Source: Methanomassiliicoccaceae archaeon (lineage in GTDB: Archaea > Thermoplasmatota > Thermoplasmata > Methanomassiliicoccales > Methanomassiliicoccaceae). From it: 64,000 nt of DNA. The stretch is taken from positions 32,001-96,000 of the forward strand of contig CAVSJV010000003.1 in the NCBI GenBank assembly GCA_963728405.1. Direction: 5' to 3'. Below the pieces are notes generated by a model. That model saw only the letters and a program-made list of their open reading frames with translations. It ran no database searches and had not been told where the DNA came from. The position numbers were made by a program, and so were the translations under genes. Positions 43,295-53,237 of this stretch are shown here, piece after piece (position 1 is the first letter of the stretch; each line of letters starts with the position of its first letter).

Positions 43295-44959
43295 TCAATC
43301 GTCGTCCTTGGTCGGGATGATCTCCACGCTCTCGCCGCCGTGGCGGCTCTCTCGGGGGCGTACTTCGACGAACAGCGGCATTTGGATGCTGCCACCGACC
43401 ACGAGCGCCACACCGATCGGGAGGCGCTGTATCTCGTCAGCCATTCCGGCCGTCAACCCTTCCACTGAGGAAGTGATGGCCTTCAGGTCGTTGGGGTTGG
43501 TGACCTTGAGGATCATCTGAGTATTGCACTGGCTAAGCACGTTCTTGTCGATCTTGGCCGCCCTTTGGCTGATGATGGTGAGGCCAAGCCCGAACTTGCG
43601 GCCCTCCGCGGCGATGGTCCGGAAGATCTTCGACGACGCGGCCAGGCCTTGCTGCGGGCAATAGTTATGCGCTTCCTCCACGATCAGCATCATCGGGGGG
43701 ATCTTGCCAAGCTTGCGCAGCTCGAACAGCGCGGTGCAGATGCGGTTGACGATCAGTGCGGCGATCTCCGGCTCGGTCCCCTTGAGATTGATGATGGTCA
43801 TCTTTCCCTTGATCACGAGATCGTCGATCCGAGTGCCGGCGGGAGCGAATATCTTGCTGTCCTCCAGGAACTGTAGCTCGTTGACCAGGGCGGCGCTGTT
43901 GCCCTCCTCATCGCTCTCCAGCACCCGGATGATATCCTTCAGAGCGTACTCTTTCTTGACGCTCTTGACCGCATCGATCGCCTTCCTCAACGAGGAGAGG
44001 TAGGCCTTGCCGTTCTTGATGCTCGTCAGCGAGAGAAGATCGTGCGCTTCGATGTTCGCTAGGGTGAATCGAAGCGGCTTGGCCTTTGGATTGACCGCGG
44101 TGTCGGTGGCGAACTCGACGATATGGTTCTCATAGCTCCTTGCGGTGACGTTGAAGTTGCGGTGGGAGGTTCCCACGTGACCCAGGTCCCTCATCGCCCC
44201 ATACTCGCCATGGGGGTCTAGGACCATGATGGTGACATCGTGCTTCATCAGCTCTTCGACCAGGTCACCGCACATGAACGACTTGCCGCCCCCGGTCTTG
44301 GCCAGGATGCTGACATGCTTCTGCACCATGGAGTTGATGTCCATCTCCACCCGGATATCGTGGCCGAACAGTAGGCCGAGGTAGGCACCGGTGGGAGTGT
44401 GTTCCTTGAGACCGATGACCTTCTTGATGATCTCGTCCTTGGCCTTGAACGCCGGCAGACCGGCCTTGAACGGGGTGCGGGGCATTTGGAGCAGTCCGCG
44501 CTCGTCGCGGTAGCCGACCACGTTCACGAACGCGGTCACCTTTTCGTGGATAAGGATGTCCTCGCCCTGGGAGATCATCTTGGCCCGGTCCAAGGACAGG
44601 TCGGTCTTGCGCTGCATATCCATGACCTGGCCGAGCACCCAACCGTCCACATCATGCTGGACCTGGATATACTCCATCTTCTCCACGTTGTTGATCACGC
44701 TGAGATTGAAACTGGAGGTGCCCACGTCACCATAGATGATCCCCACCGGGTCCATCTTCTCCGGAGGATGCTCGATCGGAGCGGGGGCGGCCTGGGGCGG
44801 GGCGACCGGTGGCGTCGGAGCGACGGATGGCTCCGGTGGTGGCGCTTGGGCTACGGTCGTGCTCTCAATAGAAGTGGTACTATCGATAATAGATGTAGTA
44901 CTGTCGTTCGGCTGATCTTCGGCCGTGGGCGGAATGGCCGCCTCGGTGTCCATGTGCAT
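43295..44959 (-). CDS. HerA/FtsK-family ATPase (HAS barrel plus DUF87) with Pro-rich N-terminus
   Basis: KHVSILAKTGGGKS, DPHGEY, EEAHNY, EGRKFG, SQR. Confidence 0.9.
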   Translation of the reverse strand: MHMDTEAAIPPTAEDQPNDSTTSIIDSTTSIESTTVAQAPPPEPSVAPTPPVAPPQAAPAPIEHPPEKMDPVGIIYGDVGTSSFNLSVINNVEKMEYIQVQHDVDGWVLGQVMDMQRKTDLSLDRAKMISQGEDILIHEKVTAFVNVVGYRDERGLLQMPRTPFKAGLPAFKAKDEIIKKVIGLKEHTPTGAYLGLLFGHDIRVEMDINSMVQKHVSILAKTGGGKSFMCGDLVEELMKHDVTIMVLDPHGEYGAMRDLGHVGTSHRNFNVTARSYENHIVEFATDTAVNPKAKPLRFTLANIEAHDLLSLTSIKNGKAYLSSLRKAIDAVKSVKKEYALKDIIRVLESDEEGNSAALVNELQFLEDSKIFAPAGTRIDDLVIKGKMTIINLKGTEPEIAALIVNRICTALFELRKLGKIPPMMLIVEEAHNYCPQQGLAASSKIFRTIAAEGRKFGLGLTIISQRAAKIDKNVLSQCNTQMILKVTNPNDLKAITSSVEGLTAGMADEIQRLPIGVALVVGGSIQMPLFVEVRPRESRHGGESVEIIPTKDDD

Positions 44960-45094
44960 CCCGGCTAGGGTATCAGGGGGTGCCGATAAATAGATTTTCT
45001 CAATGGAGAGGCGACCCCGTACTGGCCCCAGGGGTGACGCGGGGCAAAGCATCTCCCGATATCCTTTATAACAAAGAGGCCAATGACCCTGGCA

Positions 45095-45943
45095 ATGATA
45101 GTCATCGGCGGCACTTCCTCCAAGATGCTGGCCCAAGACCTGGCCAAGGAGTTGGGATGTAGGTACATGCAACCACATGTCTCGCGCTTCCCCGACGGCG
45201 AATGCTACGTGCGCATCGAGGAGGAGAACATCGATGACGAGGTGATCATCGTCCAGAACTCCCATCCCGATCAAAACTTGACCGAGCTGTTGCTGTTGCA
45301 GGACGCAGCCATCGGGCTGGGGGCGCGGAAGGTCACTAGTGTGGTGCCGTACTTCGGCTACGCCAGGCAGGACGAGAGGTTCAAGAAGGGCGAGGCGCTG
45401 AGCGCCAAGGTCATGGTCCGCTTGATGGAGCTCAGCTCCAAGCGGTTCGTGACCGTTGACGTGCACAAGCCCATCATCCTGGACTGGTTCCGCGGGGACG
45501 CCTACGATGTCCATGCCGCCCCATCCATCGGTGAATTCTTCAAAGGCCACGGTGTGGACCTGGTGCTCGCCCCGGACGAGGGAGCATTACAGCGCGCTAA
45601 CGAGGTTGCCAGAGTCATAGGGGCGGATTGCGACAACCTGGAAAAGACCAGGCTGTCAGGAGAGGTCGTCAGGATGGCCCCCAAGAACGTGGACGCCAAG
45701 GACAGGAACGCCCTGATCGTCGACGACATCATCTCCACCGGCGGCACCATCGAGGCGGCCGCCAATCAGCTCAAGATCCTGGGGGCGAAGAGCGTGACGG
45801 CGGTATGCACTCACGGCCTGTTCGCCAAAGGGGCCCTGGACCGCCTGAGGAAATGCTGCAACGCGGTCTATTCGACCAACACCATCGAGAACGAGGTGTC
45901 GGTCATCTCGGTGGCCCCGCAGATCGCCAAGGCCCTCCGCTGA
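45095..45943 (+). CDS. prs: Ribose-phosphate pyrophosphokinase
   Basis: FPDGE, PYFGYARQD, APDEG, VDDIISTGGT. Confidence 0.96.
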   Translation: MIVIGGTSSKMLAQDLAKELGCRYMQPHVSRFPDGECYVRIEEENIDDEVIIVQNSHPDQNLTELLLLQDAAIGLGARKVTSVVPYFGYARQDERFKKGEALSAKVMVRLMELSSKRFVTVDVHKPIILDWFRGDAYDVHAAPSIGEFFKGHGVDLVLAPDEGALQRANEVARVIGADCDNLEKTRLSGEVVRMAPKNVDAKDRNALIVDDIISTGGTIEAAANQLKILGAKSVTAVCTHGLFAKGALDRLRKCCNAVYSTNTIENEVSVISVAPQIAKALR

Positions 45944-46008
45944 GCACAAAGTTCATTCGGCGTCGGAACATCTCCGCAGACGTTTACGATCCATGGCAGG
46001 TCATTAAA

Positions 46009-47412
46009 ATGAAGAAGGAAGAGAACTTCAGCGAGTGGTACAACGACCTGGTCGATCAGGCCGGTCTCACCGACAAGCGCTACCCCATCAAGGGAATGAA
46101 CGTCTGGCCTGCGTACGGCTGGAAGGTCATGCAATACATTGACACCTTCATCCGGCAGGAGCTCGACGCCACCAACCACGATGAGGTCTGCTTCCCCCTG
46201 CTCATACCCAAGACGGAGTTCCAGAAGGAGAAGGACCACATCAAGGGGTTCGACGCCGAGGTCTACTGGGTGACGCACGCCGGACTGAACGAGCTGGACA
46301 TCCCGCTCATCCTCCGCCCCACCTCGGAGACGGCCATGTATCCGATGTTCTCCATCTGGGTCCGCTCTCACTCGGACCTGCCACTGAAGGTTTACCAGCT
46401 GGTCAACACCTTCCGGTACGAGACCAAGCAGACCAGGGCGTTCATCCGGGTCAGGGAGATCCACTTCTTCGAATCGCACACCTGCCACGTGGACGAGGCC
46501 GATGCCCAGCGCCAGGTGGAAGAGGATTTCATCATCCTCGAGAACCTCATGCAGAAGCTGTGCCTCCCGTACCAGCTCCTCAAGAGGACGGAGTGGGACA
46601 AGTTCCCGGGGGCCTACTACACGGTTGGCATCGACACCGCCATGATGCGCGGTCGGAGCCTTCAGCTGGGCTCGATCCACCACTACCGGGAGAACTTCTC
46701 CAGGCCGTTCGACATCAAGTACGAGGACATCGACGGCAGCCCCAAGTTCGTGCACCAGACCACCTACGGCATGTCCGAGCGGTTGCTCGGCTCGGTCGTT
46801 GGCGTTCACGGCGATGATAAGGGGCTGGTCCTTCCACCCGCCATCGCCCCCTTCCAGGTGGTGATCGTTCCTATCCTGGCCAAGGGCAATCAGGAGGAAG
46901 TGACCGCTCAAGCAAGAGCACTGCGCGACGATCTCAAGGCTGCCGGGGTCCGGGTCGTCCTGGACGAGAGCGACGAGAGGCCCGGGGCCAAGTTCTTCAA
47001 GTGGGAGCTGAAGGGCGTACCGCTGCGCCTGGAGCTGGGGCCAAAGGACATTGAGAAGAAGGTGGTCGCGTTCGCTCGTCGCGACGACGGCAAGAAGGGC
47101 AGCTTCGAGCGCGTCAACGTCATCGACGGCGTCCGTGCCACCCTGGACCAGATCGCCAAGGACATGCGCCTGAAGGCTACACAGTTCATGGACCAGTCGA
47201 TCATCACCATCGACAGCCTCGAGTTCAAGGAAGTGCCCGAGAAGTGGCTCCGCTTCGGATGGTGCGGCGAGCAGGAGTGCGGTAAGAAGGTCGAGGAGCG
47301 CACCGAACTGAAGATACTCGGCACGCCGTACACCAAGGAAGAGTTCCACGGCAAGTGCATCGGCTGCGGCAAGGACACCGATACCGTGGTCTACGCCGCT
47401 AGGGCGATGTGA
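46009..47412 (+). CDS. proS: Proline--tRNA ligase (archaeal type)
   Basis: FSEWY, LRPTSET, FRYETKQTR, YGMSER, GLVLPP, C-terminal Cys cluster. Confidence 0.97.
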   Translation: MKKEENFSEWYNDLVDQAGLTDKRYPIKGMNVWPAYGWKVMQYIDTFIRQELDATNHDEVCFPLLIPKTEFQKEKDHIKGFDAEVYWVTHAGLNELDIPLILRPTSETAMYPMFSIWVRSHSDLPLKVYQLVNTFRYETKQTRAFIRVREIHFFESHTCHVDEADAQRQVEEDFIILENLMQKLCLPYQLLKRTEWDKFPGAYYTVGIDTAMMRGRSLQLGSIHHYRENFSRPFDIKYEDIDGSPKFVHQTTYGMSERLLGSVVGVHGDDKGLVLPPAIAPFQVVIVPILAKGNQEEVTAQARALRDDLKAAGVRVVLDESDERPGAKFFKWELKGVPLRLELGPKDIEKKVVAFARRDDGKKGSFERVNVIDGVRATLDQIAKDMRLKATQFMDQSIITIDSLEFKEVPEKWLRFGWCGEQECGKKVEERTELKILGTPYTKEEFHGKCIGCGKDTDTVVYAARAM

Positions 47413-47473
47413 AACCCCTTCCAACTTTGCTTTTCAAAAAGCCGTGGCCTTATCGGCCCCGTGCTGGAAGCCC

Positions 47474-47643
47474 GACGTTGAGGTGGAGCGGAGCGATCGA
47501 TGCCGACCAGCCTTGTATCGATGGTGCTTCGCTCGATCTCGATACGCTCCCTGCTACCCATCACCACGAACGGGACCACTGACACGGTGAGAACGGTAGG
47601 GTAGACCACTTGACCGTGCTGTACCTCGGCAGGGTGTGACGTC
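47474..47643. ncRNA. Candidate structured RNA between proS and a small membrane protein gene
   Basis: Nested helices ggagcg/cgctcc, gagcga/tcgctc, tcgat/atcga, ctaccc/gggtag, tcacc/ggtga. Confidence 0.3.
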
Positions 47644-47799
47644 CATCTTCCATCCATTTTCCTTGTTCAGAGGGCTGGAGCAAGGCTCGTAGATGACCAA
47701 GTCAAATAATGGAAAGCTCAAAACCCGATATCCTAATGAGAATTAAGAATAGGGCATAACCAACTGGTAGACAATGAACGAAAAGAAGACGTTTTCCTC

Positions 47800-48006
47800 T
47801 CATTCCTTCTGGCGGGTCAGGAGGATGCCCAGAACGCCGAAGAGAACCATGGGGACGACTAGGGCATAGATGGGGATGAATTTGGCCGAGAAGAAGTTCC
47901 AGCTCCCATAGGTGATGCCCCATCCCACGTAAAGGGCCACGCCTCCGATGATCAGGAGAATGGAAAGCCCCATGATGGCCTTATTAGGGAAGTTGGACTC
48001 TGCCAT
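47800..48006 (-). CDS. Small two-TM membrane protein
   Basis: 68-aa ORF MAESNF... with two hydrophobic helices; TTTATA upstream and a T-rich tract downstream. Confidence 0.7.
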   Translation of the reverse strand: MAESNFPNKAIMGLSILLIIGGVALYVGWGITYGSWNFFSAKFIPIYALVVPMVLFGVLGILLTRQKE

Positions 48007-48257
48007 AACTGCGGCCAATGGTGTAACTGTATAAAATCCTTTTCTACAGGGGGGTATAGGATGTGGGATTTTGGGCACAATTTAGGATGACTCGAACCGA
48101 CCCTACACAACAGCGCTGGGTGGTCATGATTTTATAAACGATCCAAGTCAATGATCCCGCTCTAATTACCTCATCGATTCCAGAGTGCCTGATGCGATCT
48201 CCTAAGATTTGGGTTGCTCCAGTTCCTCCCAGGCGACCACAGCGGAATGCTGACCCA

Positions 48258-48600
48258 TCAATGCTCAGGCAGTAGATGGCTTGCATTGGCTTCCTGCGCC
48301 TTCAGGCGCTTCCCTTTGTTGTACCAAATGGCCAACAGATTGCTCAAGACGAAGATGCTGAGGACCAGGAGGGGATAGTATGGCAGGTCCAGGTCATGCC
48401 GGCCGATCGCTATGGCGATCCACCCCATCAGCACCCAGTGGACGATGTAGATGTCCGTGACGTTCCTGCTCCAGCGGTTGATCGTCCTTCCGGCGACCTT
48501 AGGAAGCACCTTTGTGGCATAGAACAGGGCGCACATCCAGAATACCGCGAACGAGAGCTCCGGTTACAGGAGCTGGGCGGCCACCGCCCCTTGATGGAGC
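48258..48600 (-). pseudogene. C-terminal fragment of a polytopic membrane (acyltransferase/DUF1624-like) protein
   Basis: WSRNVTDIYIVHWVL followed by TM helices; no room for an N-terminus before the divergent trmI. 5' limit approximate. Confidence 0.45.
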
Positions 48601-48738
48601 GCGCCAATAGGATGACCGTCACGACTTCTTTTCTCCAGGATGGTAAACCAGATGAGGACCATTGGGTCCGCCCAGCCATCCAAGCTCGGATGAACGGTAG
48701 ATAGTAAACCTTTTCACCAACTCCCATAATGTAGCGTC

Positions 48739-49500
48739 ATGCTCTCCGAGGGCGACCCCATCTACCTGCTCGACGATAAGGACCGCCGTTTCTGGCTGCA
48801 GCTGCAGAAGGACATGGTCCGGGTGCAGGGCCTGGGGGTCATCGACGGCAACAAGATCGTTGGTCGCGAGGACGGCACGCTCATCAAGCTGGCGGGGAAG
48901 GATTTCTACGTCTTCCGTGCCACCATCATGGAGCTCATGGAATCGCTGGAGCGTGGTCCGCAGATCATCACCCCCAAGGACGCAGCGACCATCGTCTTCC
49001 GCCTCGGGTTGAGGGCCGGGGACACCGTGCTCGAAGCGGGGGTCGGGTCCGGAGCACTGACCATGGCCCTCCTGAACTCGGTCTTGCCATCAGGAAAGGT
49101 CATCTCCGTCGAGGTCCGGGAGGAGTACGCCGCCCGGGCCCGACGGAACATCGACAGGGCCGGCATGGGGGCCTACTGGGACCTCCGTATCGGGGATGTC
49201 AAGACCATCGACGTGGGAACGGCTGTGGACGCGGTATCCCTGGACATGCCGGACCCCTGGCAGGCGCTGGACAACGTTGACCGGTGCCTCCGCCCGGGAG
49301 GCCGCATCTCCATCTACGTGCCCAACATGAACCAGGTCTCCGAGGCCGTCACCGGCCTGAGAGAGCACGGCTACCAGCAGATCGATGCCCTGGAGAACAT
49401 CCAAAGGCGGATCGAGGTGCATCCCGGAGGGGTCCGCCCGTCCTACGATACCCTCGGCCATACCGGCTACATGGTGTTCGGAAGAAGAGCGGCTCCCTAA
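48739..49500 (+). CDS. trmI: tRNA (adenine-57/58-N1)-methyltransferase
   Basis: RGPQIITPKD, LEAGVGSGALT, LDMPDPW, HTGY. Confidence 0.93.
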   Translation: MLSEGDPIYLLDDKDRRFWLQLQKDMVRVQGLGVIDGNKIVGREDGTLIKLAGKDFYVFRATIMELMESLERGPQIITPKDAATIVFRLGLRAGDTVLEAGVGSGALTMALLNSVLPSGKVISVEVREEYAARARRNIDRAGMGAYWDLRIGDVKTIDVGTAVDAVSLDMPDPWQALDNVDRCLRPGGRISIYVPNMNQVSEAVTGLREHGYQQIDALENIQRRIEVHPGGVRPSYDTLGHTGYMVFGRRAAP

Positions 49501-49520
49501 TCGAAAGGGGTTGGAGTCCC

Positions 49521-49545
49521 TGCCGGAGCCCATCGGCCTCCGGCG
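49521..49545. terminator. Hairpin between convergent genes
   Basis: gccggag...ctccggc stem. Confidence 0.4.
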
Positions 49546-49591
49546 GGGGAGGGGGTTTTCAACGAGAACGGTCGTGCGGAGATCGCTCCGC

Positions 49592-50470
49592 TCAGAGCTT
49601 TCCGCTCATCAGGTCATTCTTCCGGGCCTGGAACTCGGCCTCGCTGATCTGGCCGCTGTCCTTCATCGATTGCAACTTCTTCATCTCGCTGTCCATGGAT
49701 TTGCTGACGTCCTTTCCTCCCACGCCCGGCATCTTTTCCTTCGCGGCCGCGGCGGTCGCTCCGGCCCCTCCGGCCACGGCGGCGCCCGCGCCAGCCACCT
49801 TCTCCGAGCCGGGGACCTTCTCGGCGGCCTGGGTGGCCGTTTCCTTCATCGTACCGGTCGTTTCCTTCATGGTGCCCATCGGCTCTTTGGCCGCCGCCAC
49901 CGTCTTCTCCTTGGTCGAGGCGGCCGCGGCTCCGACCCCTGCCCCCGCTGCAGCGGTCCCTGCGGCCACCTTGGTGCCAGTGCTCATGCCCGCGCTCGTT
50001 CCGGTCGTCCGCTCCGTCTCCATTTTGGTCGCGGCGGGCTTGGTCGCTTCCATCCCCGGCATCAGCACGGTATCGATGGCATGGATCACCCCATTGCGGA
50101 CCGCGATGTCCGCCTGGACGACCTTGGCCCCGTTGACGGTCATGCCCTCACAGGTGTCAACGTTTAGTTCTCTCCCATCCAGGGCCCGATACGAATGCGT
50201 GCTGATAGCGTCCTTGGCAGTGACCTTTCCAGAGACCACGTGGTGCTGAAGAACTGTCCTGAGCATCGCCCGATCGCTCATCAATTGCTCCACGGTCCCT
50301 TTGGGCAGCTTCCTGAAGGCCTCATCGGTGGGGGCGAACAGGGTCAGAGGTCCGGGGGCGTCCAGTGCATCCACGAGGTCTGCGGTCTTCACCGCCGACA
50401 CCAGGGTGTTGAAGTTACCCGATTCGTTCGCCGCTTCTACCATCTTCCGTTCTCGGTGGAATAGCTTCAT
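49592..50470 (-). CDS. Fasciclin (FAS1) domain, low-complexity linker and SHOCT domain
   Basis: LTLFAPTDEAF, NGVIHAIDTVL; C-terminal KKLQSMKDSGQISEAEFQARK. Confidence 0.88.
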   Translation of the reverse strand: MKLFHRERKMVEAANESGNFNTLVSAVKTADLVDALDAPGPLTLFAPTDEAFRKLPKGTVEQLMSDRAMLRTVLQHHVVSGKVTAKDAISTHSYRALDGRELNVDTCEGMTVNGAKVVQADIAVRNGVIHAIDTVLMPGMEATKPAATKMETERTTGTSAGMSTGTKVAAGTAAAGAGVGAAAASTKEKTVAAAKEPMGTMKETTGTMKETATQAAEKVPGSEKVAGAGAAVAGGAGATAAAAKEKMPGVGGKDVSKSMDSEMKKLQSMKDSGQISEAEFQARKNDLMSGKL

Positions 50471-50672
50471 GGTGCTTCCTCACGTCCAAAGGTCAACGGA
50501 CCAATATTTAAAAATATCCACGAAAATAAAAATACCTAGGAATTGATTTAGGTCCCGGAAAAAATACTACTTGGATGATCGGCTGGTGGTGATTGCCCCA
50601 TGCCGCCAGTCAACACCGTTCGACGACAAAGGTCGCGGTCAAACTAAATAGGCGCGTTCGGTTGACCATACG

Positions 50673-51323
50673 ATGATCGGAGAGTTCGCGATATCGGCGT
50701 TCGCTGCCATATTCGCCATTGTGAACCCACTTGGCAACATCCCGTTCTTCTTCGCCGTGACCGAGGACTATACTCCGGAGCAGAAGCACCGGGTGGCCAT
50801 CATGGTCGCCTTGGTGACCGCGGGAGTGCTGTTCATCTTTGCTCTGTTCGGCCAGTGGATCTTCACCATCTACGGCATCACCATCCCTTCGTTCAAGATC
50901 GCCGGAGGGCTGCTCCTCTTCACCATCGCCTTCTCCATGCTGCAGGGTCAGAGGTCCAAGACCAAGCTGACCGATGAGGAGAAACAGGACGCCCTGCAGA
51001 AGGAATCGGTAGGCATAGTTCCGCTGGGCATCCCCATGTTCGCCGGACCTGGCGCGATCACCACGGTCATGATCCTGGTCTCCGATGCCTCTGCCTCCCC
51101 GAACTCCGGCCTGGAACTGCTGGGCATTTCCGCGGCCATCATACTCACCGTGGTGATCTCCTACCTGACCCTTACCTATTCGGACCGTATCTTCAATCTG
51201 ATGGGCCGCTCCGGCACCATGGCCTTCTCGAGGATCATGGGGTTGTTGCTTGCCGCGGTGGCCGTGAACTTCATGCTTGGGGGTATAGCTCAGGCCATAC
51301 CGATGTACGGTCTGCTGCCGTGA
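50673..51323 (+). CDS. MarC family integral membrane protein
   Basis: VNPLGNIP, FKIAGG, VPLGIPMFAGPGAI, RIMGLLLAA. Confidence 0.93.
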   Translation: MIGEFAISAFAAIFAIVNPLGNIPFFFAVTEDYTPEQKHRVAIMVALVTAGVLFIFALFGQWIFTIYGITIPSFKIAGGLLLFTIAFSMLQGQRSKTKLTDEEKQDALQKESVGIVPLGIPMFAGPGAITTVMILVSDASASPNSGLELLGISAAIILTVVISYLTLTYSDRIFNLMGRSGTMAFSRIMGLLLAAVAVNFMLGGIAQAIPMYGLLP

Positions 51324-51399
51324 GCCTTGGCCGGTCAGAATCAGCCATCGCTAACTGGGTGATAATCTTTATTACAATAATTTTATTTTTTATCTGCCT

Positions 51400-52919
51400 A
51401 TGTCAGGCCTGTCCAAGAGCCAATCCTTCGCCGCTATGGCGGTGGTCGTGCTCATCCTCTCATCGACCACATTCATCCTTTATGATAAGACATCCCACAG
51501 CACTCCGGAAGGTCAGTTCCAGGAAGGCCTGAGGGAGTTCGAGCGCTCCAACTTCGGGACGGCCTCCGGGCTTTTTAACCGCTCGTACCAGGGGTACCAG
51601 GAGGCCGGAGAGCATGATAAGGCCGTCCAGTCGATCGGCTGGAAACTGAAAGCCGATCGGATCCTGTTGGAATACCCCTATGATCGCTCCCAGGCCGAGG
51701 AACTTTTGGCCGAGACGTTCCCGTGGGTCCCGGAGCACGAGCGCACCTCCTGGCTGGACAACTCTTCGATCGAGAAGATCATCACCGATGGCCAGGTGCG
51801 GTTCTACTGCAGCATAACCGACAATATCGCCTACCGCAACCTCACCCTGTATCACCAGTGGAAGGACCACCCCGGCCAGGATCCGCTGAAGACGATGATG
51901 GTGGAGATCATGGACCACGACGCCAACCGCACCGGCACCCTCTTCAACCCGATCAACTACACCGCGAACGGCGTGCTGACCATCGAGCGCAGTTTGCTGC
52001 CGGCCACCGGCACCCTGGAGATATGGATACCGGCTCCCATCGAGACTACCAGCCAGACGGATGTGAGAGTGCTCACCGCGCTGCCGGGGGCGTGGATCAA
52101 GACCATGCCCTCATCCGATAGCGACATGGGGCAGATCTATATGGAGGTCCCCCTGGACGGCCTGACCGATGATGTCGTGGTCAATGTGTCCTACTCCCTG
52201 ACAGTATACCAGAAACATTTCACCGTCGATCCGACCGCCGTGGGCATGTATGATAAGACCTCTGCCGACTACATCACCTTCACCGCGTCGCACGATAATA
52301 TCCTGGTCACCCCAGGGATCATCGCCGAGGCCAAGGCGGTGGTCGGGGAGGAAACGAACCCGTATCTGCAGGCCAAGCTCCTCTACGACTACTGTGGTCG
52401 GCAACATCACCTACAGCTTCATGCCGCACATCTCTCTATCCGCCCGGGGCTTCGCTGAGTCGGAGTATGTCCGCATCAACCGCTTCGGCGACTGCGGCGC
52501 CCAGTCGATGTACTATTGTGCCCTGCTTCGTTCTCTGGGCGTTCCGGCACGGGCCGATGGTGGCTACCAGACCTTCGGAGGCGGCACTGGCTCGCACTTC
52601 TGGGCCGAGTTCTACCTGCCCAACTACGGCTGGGTGCCCGTGGACGTGACCGCTGCCGACGCCATGGACTGGATAGGAATGGGCTCGGCCACCGCAGAGG
52701 AGCGGGCCGCCTACAAGGCCTTCTACTTCGGGAACCTCGACCATCTCAGATACGTCATCGCAGAACGACGTAGACATCGCATTGAGCCCGGGGCCGGCCA
52801 TGCCCACCCCGATATATGCGGCGTTCCAGAACCCCACCGCCTCGTGCGCCACTTCGGACCAGGACGTCCCGCTGATGGCCATGATGTTCTGGCAGTTCAA
52901 GATCACCTCGACGGCGTAG
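51400..52919 (+). CDS. Membrane-anchored or secreted transglutaminase-like protein (two frameshifts)
   Basis: N-terminal TM; GDCGAQS, HFWAEFY and GWVPVD give a Cys-His-Asp triad. Confidence 0.85.
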
Positions 52920-52997
52920 GCGGGGCTCTAACGGCGGGCCCAGGGGCCCGCCATAAACAGTTAAGTATGCGAGGTCATTTCAGAAGCGGTGCTGACC

Positions 52998-53237
52998 ATG
53001 GTCAAGGCCGAGATCAGGATAGAGCTCAAGCATGGGGTCGCCGACCCAGAGGGCGAGAACACCAAGAAGGCCTTGGAGCTACTGGGCTTCAAGGGTATCA
53101 AGAGCGTCAGGACGGTCAAGGTCTTCGAGATGGAGCTGGGCATGGATGCTTCTGAAGCCAAGGCAGCGACCGAAGAGATGTGCCGCAAGCTCCTGGCCAA
53201 CCCGGTCATCCAGTCCTACAAGATCGATCTGAAATGA
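52998..53237 (+). CDS. purS: FGAM synthase subunit PurS
   Basis: LKHGVADPEG, MCRKLLANPVI. Confidence 0.96.
   Translation: MVKAEIRIELKHGVADPEGENTKKALELLGFKGIKSVRTVKVFEMELGMDASEAKAATEEMCRKLLANPVIQSYKIDLK

Noticed and set aside
44960-45550. Long N-terminal extension of the 751-aa HerA ORF and other long antisense ORFs (e.g. 9010-10266, 11305-12570, 45868-47424)
   Set aside because: Shadow ORFs opposite well-supported genes in GC-rich DNA.
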